Assembly: GCA_001600695.1 (NCBI GenBank)
Contig: BCKQ01000004.1
Location: 1,222,255 to 1,286,254 of the forward strand
DNA from: Ascoidea asiatica JCM 7603
Taxonomy: Eukaryota > Fungi > Ascomycota
Length of the DNA: 64,000 nucleotides
Reading direction: 5' to 3'
This document shows positions 12,130 to 23,903 of this stretch, in pieces (position 1 is the stretch's first letter; the number at the start of each line of letters is the position of its first letter). The translations under genes and the position numbers were made by a program. The notes under the pieces are model-generated. The model did no database searches, was not told the origin of the DNA, and saw only the letters and a list, made by a program, of their open reading frames with translations.

Positions 12130-12790
12130 CATTAAGAAGGTGACCCGTAGCGGTACAGGACCGAAGGACTGATTACGGGAATTGGCAACTTCAGAAATGG
12201 GACAACAGGAAACGTTCAAATCTGTCTGATTGCTGTCTTTTTGCAGTGCAGGACTTTTTCTTCATCAAATATATTTTATGCCTGTAAACTGCAAAAGCCC
12301 ATCGGAATTTGCCCAATGAATTTATGTAATCGGAAATGGCCGCAAGAAAGCGGAAATAGTTATTTAAATGTCATAGCAACTTCTTCCCCGATATAATTGT
12401 CAGTGTCAGCTGACACTTTTTGTTTGCTAACACACTCCCGTAAGCTTCCCAATCGGGTAACGTTGCGAGCCCACCTCATGGGGCGCATCCTGGAACTACT
12501 AAAGCCAAGCTCTGTGCAGTGTTTAACTAGGATATTTCGAGGTCGGGGAAGCTTCCGGTCGTAAAGGCTTCCGGTCTGAACAGTCGGAGGTGTCGCTTGT
12601 GGACCACCCACACCCCCCTGCCATTGCATCGAGGCAGATAAAGTTGGCTACACCGCCGCAGATGAGGCGCGTGAGCCCTGCGTTGGCTCTTGCTGGCTTG
12701 GTCTGGCTCCCGAGATTGACCGCGTTGCCACTTTATTCTCTGGGTGTTTTTCTTGACAGCTGCGGTAACGGCAGGCTCCGAACGGGATCT
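12130..12790. promoter_or_regulatory. GC-rich island, probable MAE1 upstream regulatory region
   Basis: Much higher GC than the flanks, with Reb1-like CGGGTAA at 12454-12460, a duplicated GCTTCCGGTC and many CGG triplets. No credible ORF. Confidence 0.45.
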
Positions 12791-13457
12791 TTTAGCTTTC
12801 TTTCTTACTTTCTTACCTTCTTGCTTTTTAACTTTTTAACCTTTTAGTGTAATTTTTGTAATTGGAACTGAAACAAAAACAAAAAAAAATTAAAATTTTC
12901 AATCTCGATCCAAAGAATAGGCTCTGTAATAGGCTATCAATAACTATTAACTAATAACTAATAACTAATAACTAATAACTAAACCTCCTACAATTTCCAT
13001 CAATTATGAAATTAACTATGTAAATAAAAAAAAAATATATGAAAAAAAGACTATGAAAATATTCAATTATTCCATTACTCTATCAATTCTCTCAATCTCT
13101 TTATTATTGGCTCTCTTTAGTTTACTTCAACTTTCTTTTTTTTCTCTTTTTTCTCTCTTTTGAAAAAGAAATCATACCAATATCAATATTGTATTCTTAA
13201 ATTGCTTATATTTTTTATATTTTTATTATATTATAAATATATCCATTTATTCCTTATTTATTTATTCTTCAATTCATTATTTTATTAATTTATCAATTTA
13301 TTAATTTATTACTTTATTATATTATCAAACTTATATCGTATTATAATCTTTAATTAATTACTTACTTAATTACATTCACACTTCACTTTTAATTTACTCA
13401 ATCTTATCAATAATAATACTAATAATATAATAATATAATAAATAATTATAATTAAAA

Positions 13458-15464
13458 ATGACTGTACTTTCAACAACTTTAGATCAAAGAAATGGTGTTT
13501 CAAATAATCCATCTGAAAATGTATCTGAATTTGAAGATGATGAACAAATTATAAATATTCATCCAAAACCAAATTCAAATTTATTAAATTTATCAAATTT
13601 ATCAATTTCTGATTTTAATAAAAATTCAAGAAATGAATCTTTTGGTTATTGTAAAAGAATTCCAATTGGTTGGAAAGCTGAACTGTTATATAGTAATAGA
13701 AAACCAAAATCAACAAGATTATCTGTTGATGGTTCAATTGAATGTGATTTAAAAGGTTTTCAAATTTTAAATTCTCCTTTATTTAATAAAGGTTCTGCTT
13801 TTACTTTAGAAGAAAGAATTGCTTTTGAATTAGAAGGTCTTTTACCTCCTCAAGTTAATACTTTAGATGAACAAGTTGAAAGAGCTTATAAACAATTATC
13901 AATGTTAAGAACTCCATTAGGTAAAAATGATTTTTGTACTTCAATGAGACAACAAAATAAAGTTTTATTTTATGAATTAGTTAGAAGACATATTAGAGAA
14001 TTATTACCAATAATTTATACTCCAACTGAAGGTGATGCAATTGCTGCTTTTTCTCATCGTTTTAGAAAACCAGAAGGTTGTTTCTTAGATATTTCTGATC
14101 CTGAATCAATTGAAAGAAGAATGTCTGTTTTTGGTCAAGATAAAGATGTTGATTATATTGTTGTTTCTGATGGTGAAGGTATTTTAGGTATTGGTGATCA
14201 AGGTGTTGGTGGTGTAAGAATTGCAATTTCAAAATTAGCTTTAATGACTTTATGTGGTGGTATTCATCCTGGTAGAGTTATTCCTGTTTGTCTTGATGTT
14301 GGTACAAATAATAAATTATTATCTGAAGATGAATTATATATGGGTAATCGTTTTCCAAGAGTTAGAGGTGAAGCTTATGATGCATTTTGTGATAGATTTA
14401 TTGATGTTATTAAAAATAGATATCCAAATGCTGTTGTTCATTTTGAAGATTTTGGTGTTTTAAATGCAAGAAATTTATTAAAAAGATATAGAAATAAAAT
14501 TTCTTGTTTTAATGATGATATTCAAGGTACTGGAGCTGTTGTAATGGCTTCAATAATTGCTGCTTTAAATTTTACAAATCGAAATTTATTAGATTCTGAA
14601 ATTTTAGTTTATGGTTCGGGTTCTGCAGGTTTAGGTATTGCTGATCAAATTGTTTCACATATGATGACTCATGGAATTTCTGAAATTGAAGCAAGATCAA
14701 AAATTCATTGTATGGATAGATATGGTTTAATATTAAATTCAATGTCTGAAAATAATTTAGCTTCAAAAGATCAATTAATTTATGCTGATAATGATGATGA
14801 TTATAAAAATATTAATACAAAATCTTTAGTTGAAATTATTGAAAAAGTTAAACCAACTGTTTTAATTGGTTGTTCAACTCAAGCAAGTGCTTTTACTGAA
14901 GAAGCTATAAGAATGATGTATAAATATAATCCAAAACCAATTGTTTTCCCATTATCTAATCCAACAAGACTTCATGAAGCTGTACCAAAAGATTTAATGG
15001 AATGGACTGATAATAATGCTTTAGTTGCAACTGGTTCTCCATTTAAACCAGTTAATGGGTTTGTATCTTCAGAAAATAATAATTGTTTTTCATTTCCAGG
15101 AATTGGTTTAGGTGCAGTTTTATCAAGATCAAAAATTATTTCAGATGAAATGGTAAGTGCTGCTGTTGATGAATTAGCAAAATTATCACCAAAAGTTAAA
15201 AATCCAAAAGCTGGTTTATTACCACCAGTTGAAGAAATTGTTTCATGTGCTTCAAGAATTGCAACTGCAGTTATTTTAAAAGCTATTGAACAAGGTTTAG
15301 CTAGAATTGAAAATGAAAGACAACCAGGTACAAATAAAAATGTTATTGTTCCAAGAGATTTTGATTCTTGTCATGAATGGGTTAAACAACAAATGTGGAA
15401 ACCAGAATATAGACCAATGATTAAAGTTGAACATAAAAAAGATATTCATACTCATCAATATTAA
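13458..15464 (+). CDS. MAE1: Malic enzyme (NAD(P)-dependent)
   Basis: NSPLFNKGSAFT, LPIIYTPTEG, VSDGEGILGIGDQG, HFEDFG, FNDDIQGTG, GSGSAGLG and FPLSNPT. Confidence 0.97.
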   Translation: MTVLSTTLDQRNGVSNNPSENVSEFEDDEQIINIHPKPNSNLLNLSNLSISDFNKNSRNESFGYCKRIPIGWKAELLYSNRKPKSTRLSVDGSIECDLKGFQILNSPLFNKGSAFTLEERIAFELEGLLPPQVNTLDEQVERAYKQLSMLRTPLGKNDFCTSMRQQNKVLFYELVRRHIRELLPIIYTPTEGDAIAAFSHRFRKPEGCFLDISDPESIERRMSVFGQDKDVDYIVVSDGEGILGIGDQGVGGVRIAISKLALMTLCGGIHPGRVIPVCLDVGTNNKLLSEDELYMGNRFPRVRGEAYDAFCDRFIDVIKNRYPNAVVHFEDFGVLNARNLLKRYRNKISCFNDDIQGTGAVVMASIIAALNFTNRNLLDSEILVYGSGSAGLGIADQIVSHMMTHGISEIEARSKIHCMDRYGLILNSMSENNLASKDQLIYADNDDDYKNINTKSLVEIIEKVKPTVLIGCSTQASAFTEEAIRMMYKYNPKPIVFPLSNPTRLHEAVPKDLMEWTDNNALVATGSPFKPVNGFVSSENNNCFSFPGIGLGAVLSRSKIISDEMVSAAVDELAKLSPKVKNPKAGLLPPVEEIVSCASRIATAVILKAIEQGLARIENERQPGTNKNVIVPRDFDSCHEWVKQQMWKPEYRPMIKVEHKKDIHTHQY

Positions 15465-17019
15465 TTATCTGAAAATTTTAACTTTATTGATATCTATCTC
15501 ATTTTCTCATTTTCTTCTTATCATTTCATTTTTCCATTTTTCATTTTTCATTCAATACTTTTTCATAATTTCTCATATGGTACTATATCTATCTATTTCT
15601 TTACTTTATTTTTGCATCTTTTATTAAACTTAAAATATTCACTTGTTTTTCTTTAATCTCTTTGTATTTTTCCTACAAGTTTTGGTTAGTTTTTATATTT
15701 CTCTTTCATTTTTTATTTTTTCATTCACATAGATTTTCTACAAAATAAAATTAATAATAATAATAATAATACTTATACCTTTCATAAATGATACAAAATT
15801 GTAAAAAACTTGTAATTATTAACAGTATTTATCACTGTTTATTATATAAATTAAATAAAAATAAAAATTTAAACTGACGCCAGTTTTATGGAACTTCTGA
15901 TTTTAGTTAAATGTAATTCAATGTATGTATATGTTCACGCACGCTTATTACCCAGCGTATTCTATTTTTAAAGTGCGTGACGACAGATTTAGACGAACTG
16001 CCTACCACAGCCCGGGTAACTTTCTACTAGCTCTGTGAACGCCACAATGACAAAAATATTAAAAGGTAAAAATAAATGAAATAGAAATATATTTCATTAG
16101 GAAAAAGATAAACAAAAGTGTAAGTTGCAAAAAAAAATATCTTTCATTGTGGTCAAAATCATGTTTGTGAAATAACAACAATAATAATAATAATAGATCT
16201 TTATCTGCTAAGCATGTGCTTTTGTCGAGTGCATTAACCTTAGTCGATGGTGAAAGAGAAGAATCTCTGCTTTCTGGTCTCATTGGTATTTTTAATTATG
16301 TCAGTCTGCTAAACTTGGTGGCTGGAAATGCATGAAAACCAGGCAATGCAACTTCTGAGCCTGAATGATTTATTGGAATAATTGATCTTGAATCATTTCA
16401 AATCATTTTAAAGCTTTTCAATATACTCTTTCAAGAAGTATTTCTTAATTCTTTTGAAATAATAATTTGGTAACTGTGGAGATAATCTAGTTTAACTTAA
16501 ACGATATTGATATTAATATCGAATCAGTCGAAATCATGGATATTAAATAAAAATTAAAGTTATTCATTCATTACGCTCATTACACTTCTAATTATGTCAA
16601 TAAACTATTAAGAAAAAATGAAGAGAAATAGATCAAATAATAATTATCAATTAATTCCTTCTATTTTTTATCAATTTGAAAATAATATAAATAATCCTCG
16701 AAATGTTCTTTTTTTTAATAACTTTCAAAATTAATTTTATTATAAATAATATCAACTCAATTCATATTATTCAATTCAAATTCACTTCAATTTAATAATC
16801 TTTAATTGAAAAAAAATTATATATATAATTACTCTATCAATCACTTATATTTTCTCAAATCAAATCAAATCAAATCAATTCAATTCAATAAATTTAAAAT
16901 CAATTATAATTGCATTCACTTTAATCTAAACAAAAATAACAAACCCTTAATCACAAATTTCAATTATTAATCATTTACTAATTGAATATCAACATAATAT
17001 CTTTTCAGTAATAAGAATT

Positions 17020-18358
17020 TAAAAATGAAGTTATCTTGTTCAATCTTAACTTCAATTGCTTTATTAATAATATCTTCAAAAGCTGCTTATATTCCTTCTG
17101 ATCCATGGACAACTTTAACTCCAAGTGATACTTTATCAAATGGTTTAACAAATTATGCATCTTCATTCGGTATTGAAATTGTTACAATTTCAAATAATAC
17201 TTTAGTTAAAAGAGATGTATCTCAAATTACAGATGGTCAAATTCAAGCTGCAACTTCAACTTCAACAACTTCTATTTCTTTAACTACAATCACTTCTGCA
17301 GCTCCAGTAAGTCAAATTGGTGATGGTCAAATACAAGCTACAACTGCAACACCTGCTCAAGTTGTTTCTCAAATTGGTGATGGACAAATTCAAGCAACAA
17401 CTGCTACTCCTGTTTCCACTACAGCTGAAGTTGTAAGTCAAATTGGTGATGGTCAGATACAAGCTACAACAGCTACTACTGTGGCAACTACTGCAGAAGT
17501 AGTCTCACAAATCGATGATGGACAAATACAAGCTACTACTGCCACTTCTGTCGCTACAACTGCTGAAGTTGTTTCACAAATTGGAGATGGTCAAATTCAA
17601 GCTACTACTGCTACCACAGCTCAAGTTGTAAGTCAAATTGGAGATGGTCAAATACAAGCAACAACCGCAACCACTGCTCAAGTTGTTTCACAAATTGGTG
17701 ATGGACAAATTCAAGCTACCACTGCCACCACTGCCACCACAGCTCAAGTAGTATCTCAAATCGGCGACGGTCAAATACAAGCAACTACAGCTACAACTGA
17801 AACTACTGCTCAAGCAGTTTCTCAAATCAATGATGGTCAAATTCAAGCAACTACTTTAACTTCATCTTATATCACTCCAACAGCTTCTGCTGCTTCTCAA
17901 ATAACTGATGGTCAAGTCCAAGCTACAACTGGAACAACCTCAACTACATCAACTAATACTGCCTCAACTTCAGATTCCGCAGAAACTATTGGATCATTTT
18001 CTCATGATGTTTCATGTAATACTAATTCTACATTATCAATGACTTTAAGTAATGGAATTTTATCAGATTCAAAAGGTAGAATTGGTTCAATTGTTGCAAA
18101 TAGACAATTTCAATTTGATGGTCCTCCACAAGCTGGTGCTATTTATGCTGCTGGTTGGTCTGTTAATCCAGAAACTGGTTATTTAACAATTGGTACAAAT
18201 GATGAATTTTATCAATGTTTAAGTGGTAATTTTTATAATTTATATGATCAAGATATTGGATCTGTTTGTTATCCTGTTCATTTAAAAATTGTTGATTTAA
18301 TTACCTGTTAATTAACTTAACTTACTTTATTCTTTATCTTATTCTTTTTTGTCTTATT
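17020..18358 (+). repeat. Direct repeat, copy 1 of a ~1.34 kb duplication (partner 37598-38936)
   Basis: Matches the partner at offset 20578. The only difference I found is C17860 versus T38438. Confidence 0.95.
17025..18311 (+). CDS. PIR-family cell wall protein, copy 1 (11 PIR repeats)
   Basis: Signal peptide, Kex2 KR site, 11 SQIxDGQ(I/V)QA repeats, and a C-terminal four-Cys domain with [29 protein letters not shown]. Confidence 0.97.
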   Translation: MKLSCSILTSIALLIISSKAAYIPSDPWTTLTPSDTLSNGLTNYASSFGIEIVTISNNTLVKRDVSQITDGQIQAATSTSTTSISLTTITSAAPVSQIGDGQIQATTATPAQVVSQIGDGQIQATTATPVSTTAEVVSQIGDGQIQATTATTVATTAEVVSQIDDGQIQATTATSVATTAEVVSQIGDGQIQATTATTAQVVSQIGDGQIQATTATTAQVVSQIGDGQIQATTATTATTAQVVSQIGDGQIQATTATTETTAQAVSQINDGQIQATTLTSSYITPTASAASQITDGQVQATTGTTSTTSTNTASTSDSAETIGSFSHDVSCNTNSTLSMTLSNGILSDSKGRIGSIVANRQFQFDGPPQAGAIYAAGWSVNPETGYLTIGTNDEFYQCLSGNFYNLYDQDIGSVCYPVHLKIVDLITC

Positions 18359-19100
18359 TTTTTTGGTTTTTAATGGTTCTATTTTATCAGTAATTTTTTT
18401 ATACTGATTTTAAATATTATTTGTCATGGTTATGATATTTTTTTGGTGATTCTAACAGGGTTAATTTCTCATTCCAAATTTTTTTTATTTTTTATTACTA
18501 TTTCTTTGTTTTAAAACATTTAAAGGCAAGGTCGGCTGCATTTATGGATTAGAATTTCTAATAATATTACTTTTTTTTTTCTTCTTTCTTATCTTTTAAT
18601 TCATATAGATATATATTCAATACATTTAGCTTTATAATTAAAGCTTTTGCAAAATAATTAATTGTAGTATTTTTATTATTTATTTAAAACTGTATAATGT
18701 AAATAAAGTTTAGAATGATAGAAAATTAAGATTTAAGTTTAGGTATTGCTAATAAAGATTTAGATCTCTTATCCGTGATCCGGGCCATGGAGCTAGTTTT
18801 GAATTATTAAAGTTTAAATATATAAAAAATGAGCAATCATCAAAAATCATAGCAAATAAAAAATGAAATGAAATAATTATAGAACTAAAAAAGGATAAAA
18901 AGAAGATAATAAATATTTTTTTGTTAATTAATTGTTATTTAATTATTGATAAATTGTTATTTAATTGTTGATTGATTAATTGTTACTAATCTAAGATGAT
19001 TTATATATATATATATTTATATGTTTATTTAATAAAATATATTAAAAATACAGTTTACTATCAATTTTGTCAAATAATAGGTTATTTTTATATATATAAA

Positions 19101-19871
19101 ATGGAATTTGGTGAATTATTTATAGATTTTAAAATTTCAATTAATGAAAAAGAATTTAAATTAGATAAATATGATATAATCAAAGGAAATAAAAAGAATG
19201 AAATGAATGAGAAAGATAATGAAGATGATAAAAATGCCAAGAAACGAAAAAAAGTAAAAAATTTAGATAAAATTAATAAATTACCAACAAGAGATAAATT
19301 AATTAAAGAAATTAAAAGAATAAGAACAAAAACTCAAAAGAAGAATAAAATTTTTAAAGTTTTAAAAGTTAAAGTAAATTCAAATTTAAATTCAAATTCA
19401 ATTTCAAATTCAAATTCAAATTCAAATACAATTTTTAAACCATTTAAATTAATTGGTGAATCATTTTTAAATCCAAATAGAAATTCAATTTTTAATTCAA
19501 GTGATATTAATATTAATTTAAATAAATTAAAAAATGAGAATTTAATTATAAAAACTTTAAATTTTAATACATTGAAAAGAATTTTTATTAATAATAATAA
19601 TAAAAATATTGAAGATTTTAAAAATTTTAAAAGTTTTAAAATGGAAAATGATAAAAATGATATTTTTTTAAAAAATTATAGAAATGAAGTAACTAAAGAT
19701 ATTAAAAGGTTTAATAATATAAAATTATCAATTTTTAAAAAGGAAAATGATTTAAATATCAATGAAAATGGATATTTTATAAGAACTTTGGAAATGAAAA
19801 AAGAGAAAAAAAATGTTCTTTTAAAGAAAGCAATTTTTAGAAGTTATTTACAAAAAAAGTTTGAAAAGTGA
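19101..19871 (+). CDS. Hypothetical Lys/Asn-rich protein
   Basis: Long open frame. ATG 19101 has AAA context, and the upstream in-frame part (from 18996) looks like AT microsatellite. No family recognised. Confidence 0.5.
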   Translation: MEFGELFIDFKISINEKEFKLDKYDIIKGNKKNEMNEKDNEDDKNAKKRKKVKNLDKINKLPTRDKLIKEIKRIRTKTQKKNKIFKVLKVKVNSNLNSNSISNSNSNSNTIFKPFKLIGESFLNPNRNSIFNSSDININLNKLKNENLIIKTLNFNTLKRIFINNNNKNIEDFKNFKSFKMENDKNDIFLKNYRNEVTKDIKRFNNIKLSIFKKENDLNINENGYFIRTLEMKKEKKNVLLKKAIFRSYLQKKFEK

Positions 19872-20149
19872 AAAATGTAATTTGAGTATGATTATTATCA
19901 TAAACGGGTATTTATTTGAAGTGAAAAAAGTATTTTCAAGGGATATAAATAGGTTATACAGTGGATAAAGTATTTTATAGATTTATAACTTGCACCAAAT
20001 TATATGTCTCTTAAAAATGTGGACATATTTTGGAGGGGTGTTCTCTTAATTACTCTACTTCTCATAAATACACCGTTAAAAGAGAAGAGACCTGAGTTTT
20101 GTCGTTCTTTGAATTACGAGGGTATTTCAGCCATAGTCACGTTACATTT

Positions 20150-20800
20150 TAAATGAGGATTGCATGTGACATTAGCTAAGCACTGCTACTTTTTTGTGCT
20201 TCAATGGTTCTGGATTAGGAATGTGGATGTGGACAAAGAAAAGAAGGCCGCTGGAAACGCGGAGAGGCCGTGGAGTAGCAGGTTACCCTGCGGCGAGTGC
20301 GTGGCTTCCGAATGTCCACGCCGCGGAGATTCCTAATTGAACAGCAGAAAAAGCGACGAGAGCAGCGACTCCAGAGCCACGCCGCCGGGTAACCCTTCCG
20401 TGGCCAAACTTCTTCTCCAAACCCAGAACTTCGGTTCGTTTGCCGTGACTTGACTTTGGCTTTGACTTTGGCTTTGGCTTTGGGTGAGTCGAAACCCACA
20501 GAACTGATCTTGAAATATCCAAGCAGAATCAACATAATAAACATAATCAAAAGAAAGAAGATAATAAACAAAATAAACAAAATAAACAAAATAAACAACA
20601 GAATAAATAATTAAATGAAGCAAAACAAGACAAAACAAGACAAAACAAGATAAAACAGACCTGAGAAAGAAAACAGATTCAATTCACCCCCTGAGTTAAA
20701 AACTGTTCAAATTTTGTCAATTTCGCAGTTCTCGCAGCCCCCACGAATAATTGCCGATCTTCTCGGCTGCCTCCACCCCACGAAACCGCAATCTAATCAA
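20150..20800. promoter_or_regulatory. GC-rich island upstream of DLD1
   Basis: Reb1-like CCGGGTAA at 20385-20392, CCCCA elements, the recurrent ACCCACAGAACTG at 20494, and microsatellites. Confidence 0.5.
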
Positions 20801-21266
20801 AATCTGATAAAAATCGAGTGAAAATGACTTTAATCACTGATAAAATAAGTAAATGTAAATAATTGAATCAAGTAAAATAAGTAAATTGGTTTAAATCGAT
20901 AATAAAATAAATGAAATAATACGAAATAATGAAATAAAAATAATTAAACTAAAGCCAATTATCAATCAATGATATAGTAGTAATATTACTATGAAAGAAA
21001 ATTGAAGATATAAATAGTTCCTATTATTCTCTTAAATGATAAATTCAATTCAATAAATTTTAATCTATTTTTCATCAATTTTCTTAAATTAATTTCCCCA
21101 GACTATTTTTATTCTTATTCTTATTCTTTAATTGCATATCTTTATTCATACTTTCATATTCTCATATTCTCATATATTCATATTCGTACTTTCATATTCA
21201 TATTCATATTCTTATATATAATATAATATAATATAATATAATATATATATATATATATATTTCATA

Positions 21267-23033
21267 ATGTTTAATAATATTACAAAAAGAAATATAATTC
21301 ATTCAAAATCTTTGATAAACTATAATTTAAATAGTAATTTAAATAATAGTTTATTCAAAAATAACTATCAATTTAAAAGATTTAATTCAAGTACCAATAC
21401 TAAAACAAACTCAAATAATAATTCAAATAAATCTACTTTTAATAAATTAATTATATATTCTTCATTATTTATTTCTGGTATAATTATTGGTTCATATTCA
21501 ACAATTAATAAAATTTATAATAATCCTCCAAATGATTTATTTCCAAAAAATTCAATAACTAAATTAAATGATTTAAATAAATTAAATTATGGTACAATTA
21601 ATGATTATGAAATTGCTTTTAAAAAAATTAAAGAAATTTTAAATAATAATAATGAATTTTTTTCAACTTCAAAAAGTGAATTAGATAATCATTCTGATAC
21701 TTATTGGAATAGTCATCATGCTAATGATAATCAAAGACCACAAATGATTGTTTGGCCAAGTTCAACAATTGAAGTTTCTAAAATTTTAAAAATTTGTAAT
21801 GATTATAAAATTCCAGTAACTCCATATTCTGGTGGTACTTCTTTAGAAGGTCATTTTATACCAACAAGAGGTGGAATTTGTTTAGATTTAAATAAAATGA
21901 ATAAAATTTTAAATCTTAATCAAAATGATTTAGATATAACTGTACAACCAAGTGTTGGTTGGGAAGATTTAGAAGAATATTTATTACCAAAAGGTTTAAA
22001 ATTTGGTCCAGATCCAGGTCCAGGTGCTGAAATTGGTGGTATGATTGCAACTTCATGTTCTGGTACAAATGCTGCAAGATATGGTACAATGAAAGAAAAT
22101 GTTTTAAGTTTAACTGTAGTTTTAGCTGATGGTACAATAATTAAAACAAAAAAAAGACCAAGAAAATCTTCTGCAGGTTATAATTTAACAGGTTTATTTA
22201 TTGGTAGTGAAGGTACTTTAGGTATTGTTACTGAAGCAATTTTAAAATTAAATGTTATACCAAAAAATGAAACTGTTGCTGTTGTTTCATTTCCTTCAAT
22301 TGAAAATGCTGCAAATTCTGTTCAGGATATAATTTCAAATGGTATTCAAGTTAATGCTGTTGAATTATTAGATGATAAAATGATGAATTGTATTAATAAA
22401 AGTGGTGAAACTTCAAAAATTTGGTTGGAAAAACCAACTTTATTTTTTAAATTAAGTGGTTCAGATTTAACTTTAAAAGAAATGATTTCAAATGTTAAAA
22501 AAATTACAAATAATAATAAAAGTTTAAATTTTGAATTTGCAAAAAATGATGAAGAAAAACATGAATTATGGAGTGCAAGAAAAGTTGCTTTATGGTCAAC
22601 AATTAATTATGGTAAACAATCAAATCCAAATATTCAAATTTGGACAACTGATGTTGCTGTTCCAGTTTCAAAATTAGCTAAAGTTTTAAAAGAAACTAAA
22701 GATGATATGAATAATTCAGGTTTAACTGCAACTTTAGTTGGTCATGCAGGTGATGGAAATTTTCATGCATTTTTATTATATGATCCAAAAGAAAGAAAAA
22801 TTGCTCAAGATTTAGTTGATAGAATGGTTAAAAGAGCTTTAGATAATGATGGTACTTGTACTGGTGAACATGGTGTTGGTTTTGGTAAAAGAGATTATTT
22901 AATTGATGAAATTGGTGAAGATCCAATTAGTTTAATGAGAAAAATTAAATTATCTTTAGATCCAAATAGAATCTTAAATGCTGATAAAATTTTTAGAATT
23001 GATCCAAATGAACCAATTTATGAATATAACTAA
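21267..23033 (+). CDS. DLD1: Mitochondrial D-lactate dehydrogenase (cytochrome c), FAD-linked
   Basis: Presequence plus TM segment, PYSGGTSLEGH, GPDPGPGAEIGGM, RKSSAGYNLT, GSEGTLG, GHAGDGNFH and GTCTGEHGVG. Confidence 0.95.
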   Translation: MFNNITKRNIIHSKSLINYNLNSNLNNSLFKNNYQFKRFNSSTNTKTNSNNNSNKSTFNKLIIYSSLFISGIIIGSYSTINKIYNNPPNDLFPKNSITKLNDLNKLNYGTINDYEIAFKKIKEILNNNNEFFSTSKSELDNHSDTYWNSHHANDNQRPQMIVWPSSTIEVSKILKICNDYKIPVTPYSGGTSLEGHFIPTRGGICLDLNKMNKILNLNQNDLDITVQPSVGWEDLEEYLLPKGLKFGPDPGPGAEIGGMIATSCSGTNAARYGTMKENVLSLTVVLADGTIIKTKKRPRKSSAGYNLTGLFIGSEGTLGIVTEAILKLNVIPKNETVAVVSFPSIENAANSVQDIISNGIQVNAVELLDDKMMNCINKSGETSKIWLEKPTLFFKLSGSDLTLKEMISNVKKITNNNKSLNFEFAKNDEEKHELWSARKVALWSTINYGKQSNPNIQIWTTDVAVPVSKLAKVLKETKDDMNNSGLTATLVGHAGDGNFHAFLLYDPKERKIAQDLVDRMVKRALDNDGTCTGEHGVGFGKRDYLIDEIGEDPISLMRKIKLSLDPNRILNADKIFRIDPNEPIYEYN

Positions 23034-23047
23034 TATTCCAACTTTTT

Positions 23048-23086
<39 letters not shown>

Positions 23087-23903
23087 CATACACAACAACT
23101 CTTAAAGCTTGTATAATATCACTCATTTCTATTCTTTATTTTCTATTTCCATTCTTTTTCTTATCTTCATTACAAATATTCAATATAGATTATCAGATAA
23201 ATAAAATAAATTAATTTAAAATTTTAAAAAATGTTCTTGAAGCCAGTTCTGCGGGTCCCGTTTTCCCAACGCAGTCTCCTGTCAAGCAATGCAGTCCCAC
23301 ACCGACCCACCTCTTTTAACCGCCACCCGCAGAAATTTGAACTTTAAAAAACCCACCGCCAATTCCAAATTCAAATCTGGGAAAATTTCCAAATGAACAC
23401 ATTTTTTGCTATCTCTTTCCATTTGTATTTATTGTCTTTATTGTTCATTGTCTTTATTTATTTGCATTTATCTCTGTTTAATCGTATTTATTCGTATTAA
23501 TCTTAAAAATATATATTTCATCTAATTGCTTTTATCTCTATCACTTTCAAGCTATCATTCTATCAATTAACAATATTGATATTCCTTGGTTTCTCATTCA
23601 AATCAATTGAAAGTAGAATAAAATAAACATTCTTTATCAGGGGCTATCTTTATCCAAGGCTAGCTTTATATTTTGCTATATTATCAATATTCAATAAATC
23701 AATAAATTAATAAATTAATAAATTAATAAATTAATACAATAAATACGATAATCTAATTTAATTATTCAATATATGTTGCTTCAAGCCATATTCATTGCTT
23801 TATCATGATTATTATCCTTATTTTCAAATCATTTTCTGTACAATAATTTAATCTAATTTATTTATTTCATAAAATATTATTTTATAAGAAATAAGATAAA
23901 TAA

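Noticed and set aside
17215-17935. Regularly spaced repeats resembling a CRISPR array
   Set aside because: These are in-frame PIR peptide repeats with synonymous variation in a eukaryotic gene.
20215-20638. Three overlapping minus-strand ORFs
   Set aside because: They arise from a stop-poor GC island plus microsatellites, and their codon usage is unlike the real genes.
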